NCBI GenBank assembly: GCA_002269645.1
Contig: NIVC01001685.1
Span: 1 to 64,000 of the forward strand
Length of the DNA stretch: 64,000 bases
Direction: 5' to 3'
Origin: Macrostomum lignano
Taxonomy: Eukaryota
Positions 1 to 13,600 of the stretch are shown in pieces. Position 1 is the stretch's first letter. Every line of letters starts with the position of its first letter. Below the pieces are notes generated by a model, which was not told the origin of the DNA, made no database searches, and saw nothing but the letters and a program-made list of their open reading frames with translations. Made by a program: the position numbers and the translations under genes.

Positions 1-239
1 CCGGACCTTTATCCCAATTGACCCGAGTAACGGACCTAAATGGGGATTTCTCTGCGTTTCTAGGCGACTGGTCCGACAGGTGATCGATTGCAATCTGTAT
101 AGTGTGATTGCTATTATTTTCATTCATGCTGTATCAGACTCGCTGCTTGAGTGTGAGCATCGGCCTCTCTTTTTTCTCTGCATTTCTCTGCTAATGTTAC
201 GTAAGGTCATTGGCATCTACAGAGGTGGAAGGGTGTCAC

Positions 240-633
240 CAGGGCGTCGCCATGGATTTCATGGTGGGGGGGGGGACAAAGCCAAGAATTCAACATGTAT
301 ATGACTAAATTTTGGCACTCATTTTGGCGCCGCAGGCACTCCTTTTGGCACCGCAGGCACACATTTTAGCGCCACAGGAACTCATTTTGGCACCGCAGGC
401 ATTCCTTTTAGCGCCGCAGGCACTCATTTTAGCGCTACACAGGCACTCATTTTAGCGCTGCAGGCACTCATTTGGGCGCCAAGGGCGCTATAATTTGGCG
501 CCCTGTAGAAAAATTACTGACTACGACAACGACTCACAAGGTGAGGTGGGGGTGGACAAAGCATTGACATGTCCCCCAGAGCTTTTACTGGGAAGGACAT
601 GTCCCTCCTGTCCCCTCGGTGGCGCCGCGCCTG
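240..633. mobile_element. hAT-type MITE (394 bp) with internal ~20-bp tandem repeats
   Basis: Exact 8-bp direct repeat GGTGTCAC at 232-239 and 634-641. Imperfect TIRs CAGGGCGTCGCCA and rc CAGGCGCGGCGCCA. Internal CACTCATTTTGGCGCCGCAGG-like repeats at ~300-490. Confidence 0.8.
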
Positions 634-800
634 GGTGTCACGCCCTCCTAATTGCTCCTAAAAATAGAACTCTTCTATAGGAAATTAAATGAGAGGTAAC
701 CAAGCTGGACGAGTGACTCGAGCTCAACTTTTGCCAACTCTTCGAAAACTCTTAAAAGACAGGGGTAGAGGCACCCAACAGACAACAATTATTGGCACTC

Positions 801-1138
801 TTTCTTATTAGTCTTATTAGGGGCTGGGAGCACCCTGATGCATTTCAAGCGACATTGTCACGCAGCCGTCAAAAGGCATTACTGCCCATTCCGCCGACTC
901 CCCTGAGCAGGCACACAAGCGCGTGGATACGTATGCAGCCATATGCACAAGTACACACTCATGCAGTGGCTCTAACTTTTTTTATCGTTAGGCATGAACA
1001 CTTCACTCTGCCTTGGGAGTTCGCCCTCAAGGGCAGAGATTCCGATTTAGTCCCAATTAATGTGACTTTACTTGGAATCGAGCCTGGATCGCTGGTACAT
1101 CAAAGAGCAGCGCTAGTAGCCCACTGGGCTACGGCCCC
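801..1138 (-). mobile_element. tRNA-derived SINE
   Basis: The minus strand begins GGGGCCGTAGCCCAGTGG with a Pol III A box (TAGCCCAGTGG, 1121-1131) and a B-box-like GGCTCGATTCC (1074-1084) at tRNA-like spacing. It ends in a short AATAAG-repeat tail at ~801-820. It does not fold as a full tRNA by eye. Confidence 0.6.
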
Positions 1139-1495
1139 TCATTGACATCCACTAGGTATGTTACCAAATGCAATTAAAATTCCCGCGTGTGCCACTGGTG
1201 TACTATGACCTCCCAAAGAGCTCAAAAAGTACATGCAATACCTGTACAGCTCTATTTTTAGAAAGGGTTCGTAATTTGATGGTCCGAGTGCCGCTAACTG
1301 CCTGATTAAAAATCAGATTGCTAGTATAGGAATACCTAAATTGTCGTAATCAGAACATTTATAACCGTATCACCAAGTTTGTCTATGACTCAACTAAAGA
1401 GAATTCGTTCAAGACTTCATAATTCAATTTTTACCGAACTCGTAGGGACTAAGGTGTTTATTGTTTTGAAAAGCGATTGATTTAAATAAACAAAT

Positions 1496-3787
1496 ATGCA
1501 GTCCCATACAATGCTGGCCACCCATTCTCACGCTCCTACTCAAAGGGTCAGCAGCGTGTCCACAGAACTAAACTTCGAGTCTTCGATCTACGTGCCGTCA
1601 GACTCAAGCCCGTTGGACAAAATTAAGATCGATCCGCACAAGTATTTGATATTCAATTATTCAAAAGAGAGCGAAGAATGGGTTTCATTTGTCACGCTGT
1701 GGAATAACGACTTGGACAATAGTTATAAGTTTACGATTGGTAAGTGACAAATTATCGTTTGTCGTTCAGTGTTTGATCTAATAGAAAGCCTCAATAGTCC
1801 TCGGTAGGTAGAAGTAGTCTTTGATCGGTAACTCCTTGGATTGGTAATACAACACAGAACTCCTTTTGTTTAAATGATCAACATCGATCGGATATAGCTC
1901 TAGGTGGCATGATTGTCTATTGCTAGACCTGCATTTAAAAATAATATATTTGAATCTGCGAAATATTTTGACTGCAATGGTCTTTTTAAACTATGGATTG
2001 ATTGTTTGATGAGACCTTACGTCAAATACGGCTTTTGGGTAATGCCAAATTTAGTTACAATGAGATGGATTCGTACACTGTAAAACAGTGCTATTAAGAT
2101 CTTTCTGGCTTATTGGGAATGCAGTGTTTAATATATTTCAATGATTTCATAGTAGTTAGCTCATAAGTTTATTATGCAACTTCAGACTACAACAAAAAGA
2201 ACGACAAAGAGTGCTTCATTATACGGCCAAGGAAAACGGGGCACCTTGTTAAGCAAACCGGTTTTGGCCGCAAAGTGGTGCTGAAGGTCACGTACGATCC
2301 GCGTAACGACGAACCCAGCATCCGGCATTCGAAAGAGAAACTCGGCAGCGACAAGCGGGCTGAGGAGAAGATGCAGACGTTCTCTGTTGACCGGTTGGAG
2401 CCAATCAACGATACCAGAAGATACTTCAAGCTTGAGATCTCGCGTCTCATAGCAAGGACGGGCGAAAGTGAAAAGTATGAGCCATTCCGCTGTCAATACC
2501 TGCTGCCAATATTCTTCCATCCGCAGCACACTAACACGGAGGTGTTCGTCTACCCGGCAAAGTCCATCACATTTAATCGCAATCAGGGCAACCAATACTC
2601 GTACTGGAAGAACAACTTTTTTATAATTAACAACGCCAGTCAGTCGGTGTATTTTCGAATATTGGCGACTAAATTACCGAATAACTGTGACATGGTGGTT
2701 TTCCCCACTGCTGGGGTAGTGCAGCACAGTTTCAGCGACTATACTCAGCAGAAAAAGCCGCATCATAAAGGGTAGGCTATTTGCTTGCATTTCAGTTCTG
2801 CTATTTGTTGATTTGAATCGAGCGTCTTTCTTTCAGAGCATCTCACCTTGAGTCTGACCAAGACTTGTCTGGCAAGCACTACACAGTAGTGTCAATTCTT
2901 CTGTTGGATCCCGAGAAGGCTTATTTAACCCACGCTGCTCAGAAACCAATTGCCACTATAGTAATGCTGTATTCCTACCAGAAGCACATCGAGACGGACA
3001 ACCTAGAGGAACTGCTACAGTGGGCTAGCGGGAAAGAAACCATTGAAATATTCGTTCGCGACATGTCACACAATGTAGCAGCTAAGAATAACGTGATCCG
3101 CGACAAGCGCATACTGGAGCTGGCGCAGCAGAACTCAATGGACCAGATTTACCGGCTGGACAATATGACTTATCAGAATGTGGCTCGACAGACAAGTGAG
3201 CTGATTTTTTTACTGTTTATTTAAATTTTCATAGGGGTGCTCGATAAGACGGATCATTTTCTGAGTCCCTGTGTTGCATGTACCAGTACATGTATGTTTC
3301 TCCTTTTGTACTTTACAAACAAAATGCCACACAATATCCCGCAGGAAACGCGCTGCAATCGCAGTTCCAGAAAACTGGCCGCGGTGCCGCGGGCTCGCAG
3401 GGTCAGAACTACGGATCTTACGGTTCGAGCGGTTCGCCTAGCCACTTCATTGTCGGCGGCAACGCCAAAGAGCTCATCAGCTCGAGCAGCTTGGACCATA
3501 GAATAGAAGAAGAGGACGAGTACGTCAGCAGCGCTCGTGACGACGCCATATTGTCGCCAGCGAACGATTCTGAAAGCGGCCAATTTGATGGCCTGAGTTT
3601 TGACAGCGCCATGAGTAGGCGGCGACAAAAGGGTCTTGAAGACGCTGTAAGGAAAGTCCGCAACATTGCCCGGGAACAACGCATTACAGTCACCTACGGC
3701 GTGAGCGACAGTGACATCCGTCGTCTGATTGACCGCCTGCAAACTAGAGGTGTTGATGCTGTACATACTGATGAAGACAGGAATTAA
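1496..3787 (+). CDS. Protein with two MSP (major sperm protein)-like Ig-fold domains and a Gly/Ser-rich C-terminal region, ~543 aa
   Basis: Phase-compatible exons 1496-1739, 2186-2771, 2837-3195, 3345-3787 (1632 nt). Two segments match the MSP pattern I.P..L.F..L.N....F.....P..G: KIDPHKYLIFN..TLWNN..YKFT..IIRPRKTG and VYPAKSITFN..IINNASQSVYFRILAT..VFPTAGVV. AATAAA at ~4038. Confidence 0.6.
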
Positions 3788-6092
3788 ACAGCTTCCTCAA
3801 ATATACTCGTACTATACGAGCATGTTAAAAAGCATGGAGAAATCTTGGTTTAGCAAAACTACTTGTATTACACTCAGTATACTAGTAAACACACGTCGAA
3901 ATTCTCCAGAGCTTTTTAAATAATTTCTCCACACTACGTGTCACTGATGTTGGTTAGATTGTATGCGTTTTGGTCGGATTTTGTTAATATTTTTGGTTAA
4001 AGCAATTTTATTTGTAATGAATGCACTTACTTTCGTTCAATAAAAATTAACTTCCAGAGTCGAGCAATAAGCAGCTGCGCAGGAGTGTCTGGAAATCCAC
4101 TAAAATTTACAGCAATAGCAGAGGGTATCTATACATTCTACTTTTAGTAGCTTGCAAGAAAGTATTGCCAAACATTGCTTGCGTCTTCCTGTAAATTATT
4201 TTATTTCTAATATAAGTTGCTGTTTACTTGGTATTTAAAAAAGTCTGATTTATAGTAAGTTTACTAAAATTTATATTTGGTTGATGATAACAAACTGCTA
4301 TTGTATGTAATTAGGAAATATATTATTACGGCAATGTGTAGGAGTGTATGCGTAGGTGTAAAGGATGTAAGAGTGAAGTTACTGTTATTTAATTACGTCT
4401 TAATAGCCCCACTAATATTTGGTGACGCGTTAACATCTGCAGTAGAAGGACGCTAAACTCGATTTTCTTAGAAAATTGGAGCTGTAGGCCGGTTATTTGC
4501 CTTATTGCTTGGGCATTTTCAGCATGCTCTGGATAAATTAGATTTGTCTTGACCAAATTTGTCTATGGCAAAAGCTTATTTCTAAGAAAATACTGGAGAT
4601 GTCCAAGGGGTGTCGAGATGAATATTTCCGCCCTAAAATGCACCAACAGCTACTTGAAAGTGATTCTTCAGATAATTCTTCAAATTAGCTGAAATCGTTA
4701 AAAGCTCTTGACTTTTTAATCTCTATATAAGTGAGAGAATTCCATCTTCTTCATTTTTAAATTCACATGGCGTTTGGTATGCTGTGAAGTTTCAGCTAAG
4801 AAAGAAACCGTAGAATTAATTTAAAGCTAAAAATCACAGAGACCGGAGATATTTTCTTAGGAAAGTTCGGAAGGATTTCTGCATTCATAGGTAACTTGAC
4901 CACTAATTTTTAATATGAGTTTTAAGGCATTACAAAGCAAGTTTGGATTGCGCTGTGTCTATAACCATCTGTTGTGCTTAAATAAATTCACTATTATAGC
5001 TATGAACCAAATTTCTTTTATTGTGGAATTGCAAAATTTGTCAAGTTCCTTCTGCAGCCTTTTGGGCTGATGAGAGATGATTTTTTTCCATCGTCGAGGC
5101 AAATTAATTCTTGTCTTTGAGGCTTTCGCGCAGTTGCAAATACTGAATGTCTTTTAGCGTCTGCCCTGCGCGTGTCGGTGGGTGCGCAAGTTGGGTTCGA
5201 TTCTCGCTACTGTAAATGCCGCTACCAGCCGCAGCTGCGCGCATTTCTGCACTGGGACAGACAGCACCGAGAAACGGCATAGCCAGCCATTTGACATTTC
5301 GACTTTTTTTGTTGGAAACCTCAGCCGATTCTCTCCCCCATCCTGTGCGGCTTCGCCCTCTTAACTGCATGTGCAACTCGATTCTTGGGCTTGGGGTTCT
5401 AACCGAGACCTGCTGCAGCCTAGCATTTCGCCTGCCTCGGTCGAGAATGTGATGGTTGAACTTCGGCCGTGCGCTGTGCCCTCTTGGTCTATTGTTCGCT
5501 TAGAAAAGTGCTGCTAATGCTGCAATGGTGTGGTATCAATGATCACGTGGTTTTTCATTTCAAACATGAACCTTATTCTACAATGTCATCAAATTCTGAT
5601 GACATTGTTTAGCGTCACACCTAATTTGTAGATATCTAAAGCAAAATGAGGGTTTACTGAAGAATTTAAACTTTAACTGCAAATGACCCTGAATATTTTA
5701 GGCATTGTTTTGTTTGTTTTTAGGCTCAATTCCTTAGTGGTGGGGGTTGATTGGCTGCAGAAAAACTGTTCCATTGTTTAAGAAGAAGCCACTGAACAAG
5801 AGGCAAAACGTTTTATTTAGCCATAAGTTAATGTATTTTAATTTATTATAATGACTTAAACACTGAAAATCTCTCGCTTTGTGAGCTAATTTATAAATTA
5901 GCGTCTATAAGTACGATAGTGCCACCCAGAGTAAATTAATAATGAATGCAACAATTAACGACGACGAACTTTATTTGCAAGAAAATCGAAACAAATTGAA
6001 TTGAAGAAGATCGGTTTACCAAAGCATGTTTTACTATGATTGGGGCTGAAAGTGTCTGTTTATAGGCATGAATTGATCAGCATAGCAGAGAA

Positions 6093-6560
6093 TCAGGACT
6101 TTCTTGGCGGAATCACGGCAACGGGTCTGTGGGCGTGGTGGAGCACGTAGTCCGACACGCTGCCTAAGAAGGTACGGCGCAGCGTGCCGAGGCCGCGGTT
6201 GCCCATGACAACCAGGTCGGCCTCCACGTCGTTGGCCGCATCGACAATGGCTGCCCCGGGTGTGCTGGAGATTTTCTCGACGAATCGGATGCCGTCGGAC
6301 GGCAGGCCCAGGCTGCGGCACTTGGCCTCCGTGCGCTGCTGCACGTCCTGGCTGACGCGAACCGCGTTGCCAACCTGCTCGGAGACGTGTTTTGGCGCGT
6401 CCGCCGCTGTCAGACTGGAGCCGCGGGCAACCTTGGGCTCGACCACCGTCACGAAGACCAGCTGGTCCTGGGGCGTCTTCAGATTGCTGGCGTACCACTC
6501 CAAGGCCCTGTCGCTGTGTTCGCTGCCGTCCATAGCAATGAGAATCGTCTTGGTGGCCAT
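6093..6560 (-). CDS. Universal stress protein (UspA family), intronless, 155 aa
   Basis: N-terminal ILIAMDGSEHSDRALEW, and ATP-binding G-2x-G-9x-GS motif VMGNRGLGTLRRTFLGSVSDYVLHHAHRPVAVI. Confidence 0.95.
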   Translation of the reverse strand: MATKTILIAMDGSEHSDRALEWYASNLKTPQDQLVFVTVVEPKVARGSSLTAADAPKHVSEQVGNAVRVSQDVQQRTEAKCRSLGLPSDGIRFVEKISSTPGAAIVDAANDVEADLVVMGNRGLGTLRRTFLGSVSDYVLHHAHRPVAVIPPRKS

Positions 6561-7273
6561 GGCTGTTGCTGTCTTGTTGTGCAGTTGGATTACTCTTTAA
6601 CTTAGCAAGTTGTCTCTGCTTTGGCGTCTCTGTGAATGAAACCCGTAAATATCAGCCAAAGACTATCAACTGACACGTTATCGTTTTATCGGCTCTAGCT
6701 GGGGCCGATGCAAGGAAATCTGTTTAGTGATAAAGCCTTTTGCAACTTGCCTGCGGCCCTGTTTGCTTGTGGGGCCTGTTCTTATTGCAAGCGATTCTTG
6801 TTCTAACCTTGCACAGACCCTTATCGACTGACTGTACCTCGTGCAATTCAAGCAGTTGATTAGAAAAGGAAATGGACACGCCGTGTTGCTTGGAGAGCAA
6901 TGCAGCGTGCGCTCCTCAGAGCTCTACTAGCCCTCGCTATAACCCTTAATTCTCACTTTCTAGTTGTTATCGTTTGTTTTTTTTGATTTTGCAATCCACG
7001 ATAGCCATTGCAATACACAAGCATAGATCGCATAAATATTTTTAAGAAGTTTTCAAAACGCATTGAAAGGACTGTGTCATCTTATGACACAAAAAGCAAG
7101 AACTTGCTGTTCAGTACGTTCACGGTCTGTTCGACATTTTTTGCTGACATCGCCTCGCCTCCTTGAATCCCGCATCGGCATACATTATTTGAAAGGGGAA
7201 GAAACGAGAGTAGGTGAAGCATTTGCCTGATCCCAGGGAAGGTAAAGGCGCAGGAAAGTCTGCCCACCGATGA

Positions 7274-7283
7274 CCATATTTGG
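7274..7283. promoter_or_regulatory. CArG box (SRF site) in the USP/myosin light chain intergenic region
   Basis: Perfect CC(A/T)6GG (CCATATTTGG) ~500 bp upstream of a muscle gene ATG. Function is inferred. Confidence 0.45.
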
Positions 7284-7776
7284 TAGTTGCCTGGCGCAAG
7301 GCACGCAAATGTTTCGCGATCGAATGGGAAGCAGATTGAAGCGCGAGAGCAAAGGGTAGGAGAGACAGTTGCGCGTACCCTTATGCCGGCTTTCAGATGG
7401 CTTACAAAAGATGGCGCACAAATTTTCCATTTCATCGTTCCACCGCTGGGGGTGGCTGAAAGGGCGGGCAAGAAAATGTGTGCACGCCTGTAAGGTCATG
7501 CCGAAATCCCCCGAGAAGCCGCATTTGCTTCCAGAAGATCATATCGATCCACGAAGCTGGGTGAAGTGGCTTGGTACAGGGGGGAGATCAAACCAACATG
7601 GGGTTTACTGGAGGCTGGTTGGCTACTAGCTGGACTGTTGTTGCTTCTCCCCATTCGTTTTAAAAATCGGGGCTCCTCCAAAAAAGCTTGAAAGTCAAGG
7701 AAACGCCACCCCTCTAGCGCCAGGTCATCATCTACAGTTACCAACCGATACAGTAAAACAATCCATAGCAGCAGCA

Positions 7777-8247
7777 ATGACCGGTCTAAGCAAGGGTGAA
7801 ATCGAAGACATCCGCGAGGTGTTCGACCTCTTTGACTTCTGGGACGGTCGGGACGGTGAGGTGGACGCCGCCAAGGTGGCCGACCTGCTGCGCTGCGTCG
7901 GCATGAACCCGACCATCGCCACCTGCCTGAAGCACGGCGGCACGGAGAAGATGGGCGAGAAGGGCTACAAGTTCGAGGAGTTCCTGCCGATCTACCAGGA
8001 GGTGATGAAAGCCAAAGAGGAGGGCACCTTCGCCGACTTCATGGAGGCTTTCAAGACATTCGACCGCGAAGGCCAGGGGTACATCTCGGCCGCCGAGCTG
8101 CGCCACGTGCTCACCAGCTACGGCGAGCGGCTTGACGACAGCGATGTCGACGTGATCATGAAGTTCACCGACACCCACGAGGATCTGGATGGCAACGTCA
8201 AATACGAGGACTTCATCAAGAAGGTTCAGGCCGGACCCAAGGTGTAA
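7777..8247 (+). CDS. Myosin essential light chain (invertebrate type), intronless, 156 aa
   Basis: Contains the EF-hand I loop [12 protein letters not shown] characteristic of molluscan/flatworm ELC, plus [25 protein letters not shown] and [12 protein letters not shown]. Confidence 0.95.
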   Translation: MTGLSKGEIEDIREVFDLFDFWDGRDGEVDAAKVADLLRCVGMNPTIATCLKHGGTEKMGEKGYKFEEFLPIYQEVMKAKEEGTFADFMEAFKTFDREGQGYISAAELRHVLTSYGERLDDSDVDVIMKFTDTHEDLDGNVKYEDFIKKVQAGPKV

Positions 8248-10699
8248 CGCGATGAGCAGTTTAGCTATACGTGGTTTAAAATCATTTAGACTAGGATAAA
8301 TATTTTGAAATTGGATATGCAGGATCGGTCATCACGTGCAGACAGAGCCAAAAATCGGCTGTCATCTACATTTTTTATAGACTTTCAATCTCGATGGGCC
8401 AAACTTCAGTGCCGCAATGGGGAAATCAGTATAAAATGTTGACAGTCTTATTCTAAGCGAATTTAGTAAAACAAACATTTGACCTTTCCGTAGCCGTGTT
8501 GTTATTTTTAGCTTAACTTATTAATCTTGACTTGCAATCTAGAACTTCTTTATTTCTGTTTACGATACTGCCCCCCGCTTATTCAGCAGTGAGTTGCAAA
8601 ATTGGCTCGGCTGAAATTTAACGATTATTTTTTGAGACCATTACAAAATCACGCGTTTTTTAAGCTCGATCCATCCTATGCCCTTTAACCCTACAAAATA
8701 ATTGCCTTGTCATGCACTTGTGCAGCCTACTTTCAGTAATATCTAACTGTAAAGCAATGCACTGAAGCCTGTATGCGCCTAGGCATAGTTATAAAAACCT
8801 ATCACTGTTGAGTCTGCAATAACGATGCATGGTAGATGATTAACCAATGGGGAACTAGAAACTCTCTGAAACTCTCTGAAACTAAACTATGCAGTCTGTG
8901 GCTGGAATTGTGTACAATTAACAATATTATAACATATTTTCGGCCTGTTTGTACTCCTGAAAGAGTCACCCGACAACTGCTGGATTGCAAATATAATATT
9001 TCAAACGAATTGATTTATATATTTGCTTTTGAGTTCTTTAACTTTTTCCATGTAATTTATGTCTACATGCTCGCACATACATGGCCTTATAAAGCATGCA
9101 ATGCATGCCTCGAGCCTACATGTACATGTATACTGCTGCACATAAGCATGTGACTGAAAAACAAAGAGCTAAAAAGTAATTTAGATTAGCAGACTATCTA
9201 AATATAAGGTTATATAACGTTGAAGTTCCTACAAAGTTCCTGCATTGATGGCAGACATTACCACGTTACATGCAGCTCACATTGTTCTGTCCATGGCATC
9301 AAGTCAAAGGCTTCACAAGCTGAAAATAGCGATGCGTGTGATCAAAAATTAGGAATTTAGATATAAATTCCTAAATAATTATTCGCTCTCTTCTCTCTTT
9401 TCTCCCTTCTTTTCTCGTCATCTCTTATTTCTTATCTCTTCTGTCTGTTCCTTTTCCTTTTCTCTCTCGTCTGGCCCGTAGCCATGAGCTCATGGATTCT
9501 TCATCTGCGGCCCTTGTGGTAAAAAAGTTTGCCGCGACCCCTGTAGAGAAAGAGAACGGAAAAGGGGGAATGACCAGCAGTACCATCATTGATGTAGAGG
9601 AATTGAAATTTTTGTGTCTGCAGCGGCTGGTTTCGATTGATCGTCACAAATGAAGAATTGCTGCCTCCAATTCAATTTCCTTCAAGAAGCGCTATCTACG
9701 GACACTGGCAAACCTGCTGCCGGCCCACTTTACTGCATATACCCGACGACGACAGGGAAGACCACTTTTCGGTATCTTGCCAAGGGTCGGGATCACTCGC
9801 ATGATAGGTGCATGATGGCAGCTAGTTGAAAATAAAAAAACTATAGCTTATTTGTTTTGAAAAGTTTTAATTATTTATTCCTAATTTGTTAGGCATTTAG
9901 CTAGGTGTTTTCTAGTTTTTTCTATAATTTTCCATGCCTTAAGCGAGCTCTTAAAAATTATTCGCCTTTTTGGCTCATTTGTCTCCTGGTGGTTCTACTA
10001 CTTGTCCGTTGGTTACCCTTAAAAAACCTTTACTAAACCTAAGCTCAATTAATTCAATCTGCTAAATACATGACATGTATACAAATACACATGCAGTAGA
10101 TTAATATACGAGTTGCCAGGCGAATAAAGGCGTGAGTGGAAAGATCAAAGTATACAATAGCACTGACTTAGTATAGGCTATGTGACAAATTGGATCGATC
10201 AAAGATTGGCAGTTCTATTAACCCTTTGTTGGACCCTCCATTATTGATACGCACATATCGGCCGCCATGTCCGATTAGAAAAAGTGGACTTAAAACTGAT
10301 ATGAGAAAATGCAGTTTAATTTTTCAATAAATTTAAATCAATACTTTATTTTAAAAAAGTAAGATTTTTGTAATTAAAGCTTGTTACGCTATAAATTTTT
10401 GTTAAGTTGTATTTTCAAAGAAACTATAGAAAAAGCATGTTTTTAAAATTAAGGAGGATAAGCTGATCTAAAACGCGCTCGAACGATGACTGATAAATAG
10501 AACTAATCTGATAGTACAACAAAACCACAAAATCCGTAACTAAGCAGTTTTTAGTTAGTACACTGTGTTATTGTTTGGAATCATGAAAATATTGATTTGC
10601 CATTGTTGAATTGAGCAAACTAATTAAGTAAGACAGTACCAGGAACCAGACAGATCAGTTTCAGCAAAGCAAAAAAGATCTTCTCTATTCGAAAAAACA

Positions 10700-13600
10700 A
10701 TGCCGCCAATTTATTCTCTATCGTATTTTGGTGGTACAACCCAGTCGTCTGTCATTCAACTCGCGAGGGCATTAGCCAAGGCTTATGTGTCTCAAGGAAA
10801 TGGGATAAAGTCTATTGAAGAAAAGGTATATTGACAATTGACATTTGGTTTTAATGGCAATAATGATCTGTTTTTTACTTAGTTGGCTTTGGTTCTGGCT
10901 TTGTCTTAGACTTCGACTTGAGTTTGTCACTTCTGCTATTCTTATATTGGTCAATGTTATTTTTAATCCATAGTAAGAATATTTTATAATTTAGGAATTT
11001 TAAGGTAAACTCTTTACAACTTTATAATTATCTAAACAAGATCCATGCATGAATTTTGTCTTACTTAGGCAGTGTAAGTCACAAAATTAGTTTGAAAAAT
11101 AAATATAGGGGGCCTAGTTAAAAACCTATAACAAATTATAGGTACTGATCATTTTGGTGACAAGTTGTTTCAGTGAATTCCAGGCATTTCGGCAATAGTT
11201 AATTTCAGCAACACGGAAAATGGTGACTTTGGCGACAAGCAATGTTAAATTCGGTGAAAAGTTTCTCTTTCACTTTTACAAATCACTTTCTATGGCTATT
11301 TATTTAGTCTTTTTATTATATTCTTACTAACATAACCAATGCGTTTATATCCTACCGTAACCGCCTACAGCCTACAAAATACTTCCCCTTTTTGTTATGT
11401 AACAAACACGTGTGCTCTGACAAACAATCCTGTGACATGCTGATTGTTTGTCAGGATAAAAAGCTTTGATAAATATCCGCACTCTGACTTTGTAGTTGTA
11501 CCCACCAACCTGAAAAGATTGACCAAGTGTGTGAGCGAGCCCCATCACCAAGGCGGCTTTGTCACAGTACGATCTGCAACTCAGATCCTATGAAAACATT
11601 TACATGTACTGTGGTTTCCGCGTTTATTGAATCAAAGTTTCAATTTTATTGTATAGCCACATCTTAAGTACTATGCATGCAAATATAAATGTTTCATATA
11701 ATTTGTTGTAAATTGTAGTACGTGGCTGTACCATAAAGCTAAAATTCACAAAGTTAAAATACTCAACATTAAGACATGATAAGACATGGGAATTGATGGC
11801 GCACTCTGTAGACAATGCACAATTGATGGCAATAAGCCTAAATTAGTCTCTCTCTATATTGTTCTGTACTGTCTGTACTTCAAAAGAATCCTATAGCCTG
11901 TTGTCAAGACTATTACATCGCGGGTAGTACTGTACATTATAGCCTATTGGCAATGTATCAAATAGCACGTTCTTCTCACCTCAAATAATGACTCGGATGC
12001 CAGGCACTCATCTCAAGCGATTTTAGCAGCTGATATAAACAGTTCTGTATAGGCTCTGTGGAGTACACGCTGCCATAGAAGTGCATGGGCTGCAACTGCA
12101 TGGAGTGGCAGATGCCCGACATGGCCTTTGCCTTTTCTGCACTTGTCTCTGCGTTGCACAACACTTGCTGGACATTTAGTGAGAGAATTACATTTTGTGC
12201 ACCACCAGTAAATAGAGTCTCCTCATTTAAGGGAAATAACAAAGGAGTGCTCCCCGTCGACAATTAGCAAATCTTTTTTTCTGGTTTGAACCACTGGGCA
12301 CTAAAGCAAATTCTGGTACCCTAAGTTCAATAATGTGCACTGCATCTACATGTATCGGCAGCTTGTCACCAGTCGGCAGCCTTGCGGTGGTCAGCAGCTC
12401 TGCGCCAGTTGGCAGCTCTGTGGCAGTCTGTAGCTCTGTGGTGGTCGGCAGCTCTGCGGCAGTTGGCAGCTCTACAGCAGTCTGTAGCTCTGAAGTGGTC
12501 GGCAGCTCTGCAGCAGTTGGCAGCTCTGCAGCAGTTGGCAGCTCTGCAGCAGCCAGCAGCTTGGTGCCGTCTGTACCGCCTGCTGTAATGTTGACTGTGC
12601 TAGTGTCGGCTGCTGTTCTGCCTTTGTCTGCTGCGCCAGCTGGGGCACTGGTTTCACTCATAGAAATGTCATCGGGATTGGTTGTCTCACAGCTAGGACA
12701 TTTCCATTGAAACAACTTCTGCATTTTTATATGCTTATACTGCGCTAGAGAAATGGCTGCATTTCCAGTCAAGCAAGTTCAGTGATGCCAAAAGTTGCAT
12801 CCATCACACAGGACTCTCTGTTGACGCTCTTGGACTCTAAACCTACACAATGCGCAGACTTCCATGACAGCTACAGTTGACTAAAAGTAAATATTTAGCT
12901 GCTGTGTGGGATGGGTGATGGGTTATGGCGCCATAGTACACCATAATTTTCATGCTACTGTCAGGTAGCTTCAGTCTCCTTCACTTCTCTGGTTTCATGG
13001 TCGGGGGTAGGTGAGGGCATTGCGTCATTCGCGCGGCTTTTGGGTGTACTGTTTTCAATGACAACTGCATTGACTTTGACTTGGATTGAGTTAGAATGCT
13101 CTTGGAAACACAGTTGTACTCAGACAAAAAGCATTGTTGACAAAACATACTTGTTGCCAAATTTAACATTGCTTGTTGCTGAAGTCACAATTTTTCATGT
13201 CACCAAAATCAACTGTCACCAAAAAGCCTGGCACCCGTTTCAGTGACATGTTTTGGTGACAATTAGTCATTTTGGTGACAAGTTGCTTTTGTGATCAGAC
13301 ACTTCATTTTTGATGAAAAATTAAAGATTTAATGAGTATAGTCATTTTAGTGATAAGAGGCACTTCATAATATTAGCTTGTAGTTATTTTATTAAAGATT
13401 TATATTTGATAATTTTTTATTAAAAGATAAATATATAATTTAAGAAAAAAAATCAGAGTAATTATATTTTTAGTGCAGATTGTTTTAAACTGTCCCAGAA
13501 TATTTAGACACATAAAATATCATGGTACCATTCTTTATATTCCTTTGTATAAGTTCAAAATAAATAACTTGTTAAGACTTACAAGGCTTCTAAGTAAGTT

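Noticed and set aside
5100-5460. GC-rich island with short overlapping ORFs
   Set aside because: No homology recognised; could be a promoter or UTR but is unsupported.
3254-8178. Antisense ORFs over the MSP-like, USP and ELC genes
   Set aside because: Shadow ORFs of GC-rich coding sequence.
9521-9543. AAAAGTTTGCCGCGACCCCTG, resembling a hAT MITE right end
   Set aside because: No matching left TIR or TSD found.
9620-9830. GC-richer stretch after a CTGCAG acceptor, possible orphan exon
   Set aside because: No recognisable protein motif and no partner exons.
10218-10240. TTAA-CCCTTT, resembling a piggyBac left end
   Set aside because: No partner GGG-TTAA end located; too short to support.
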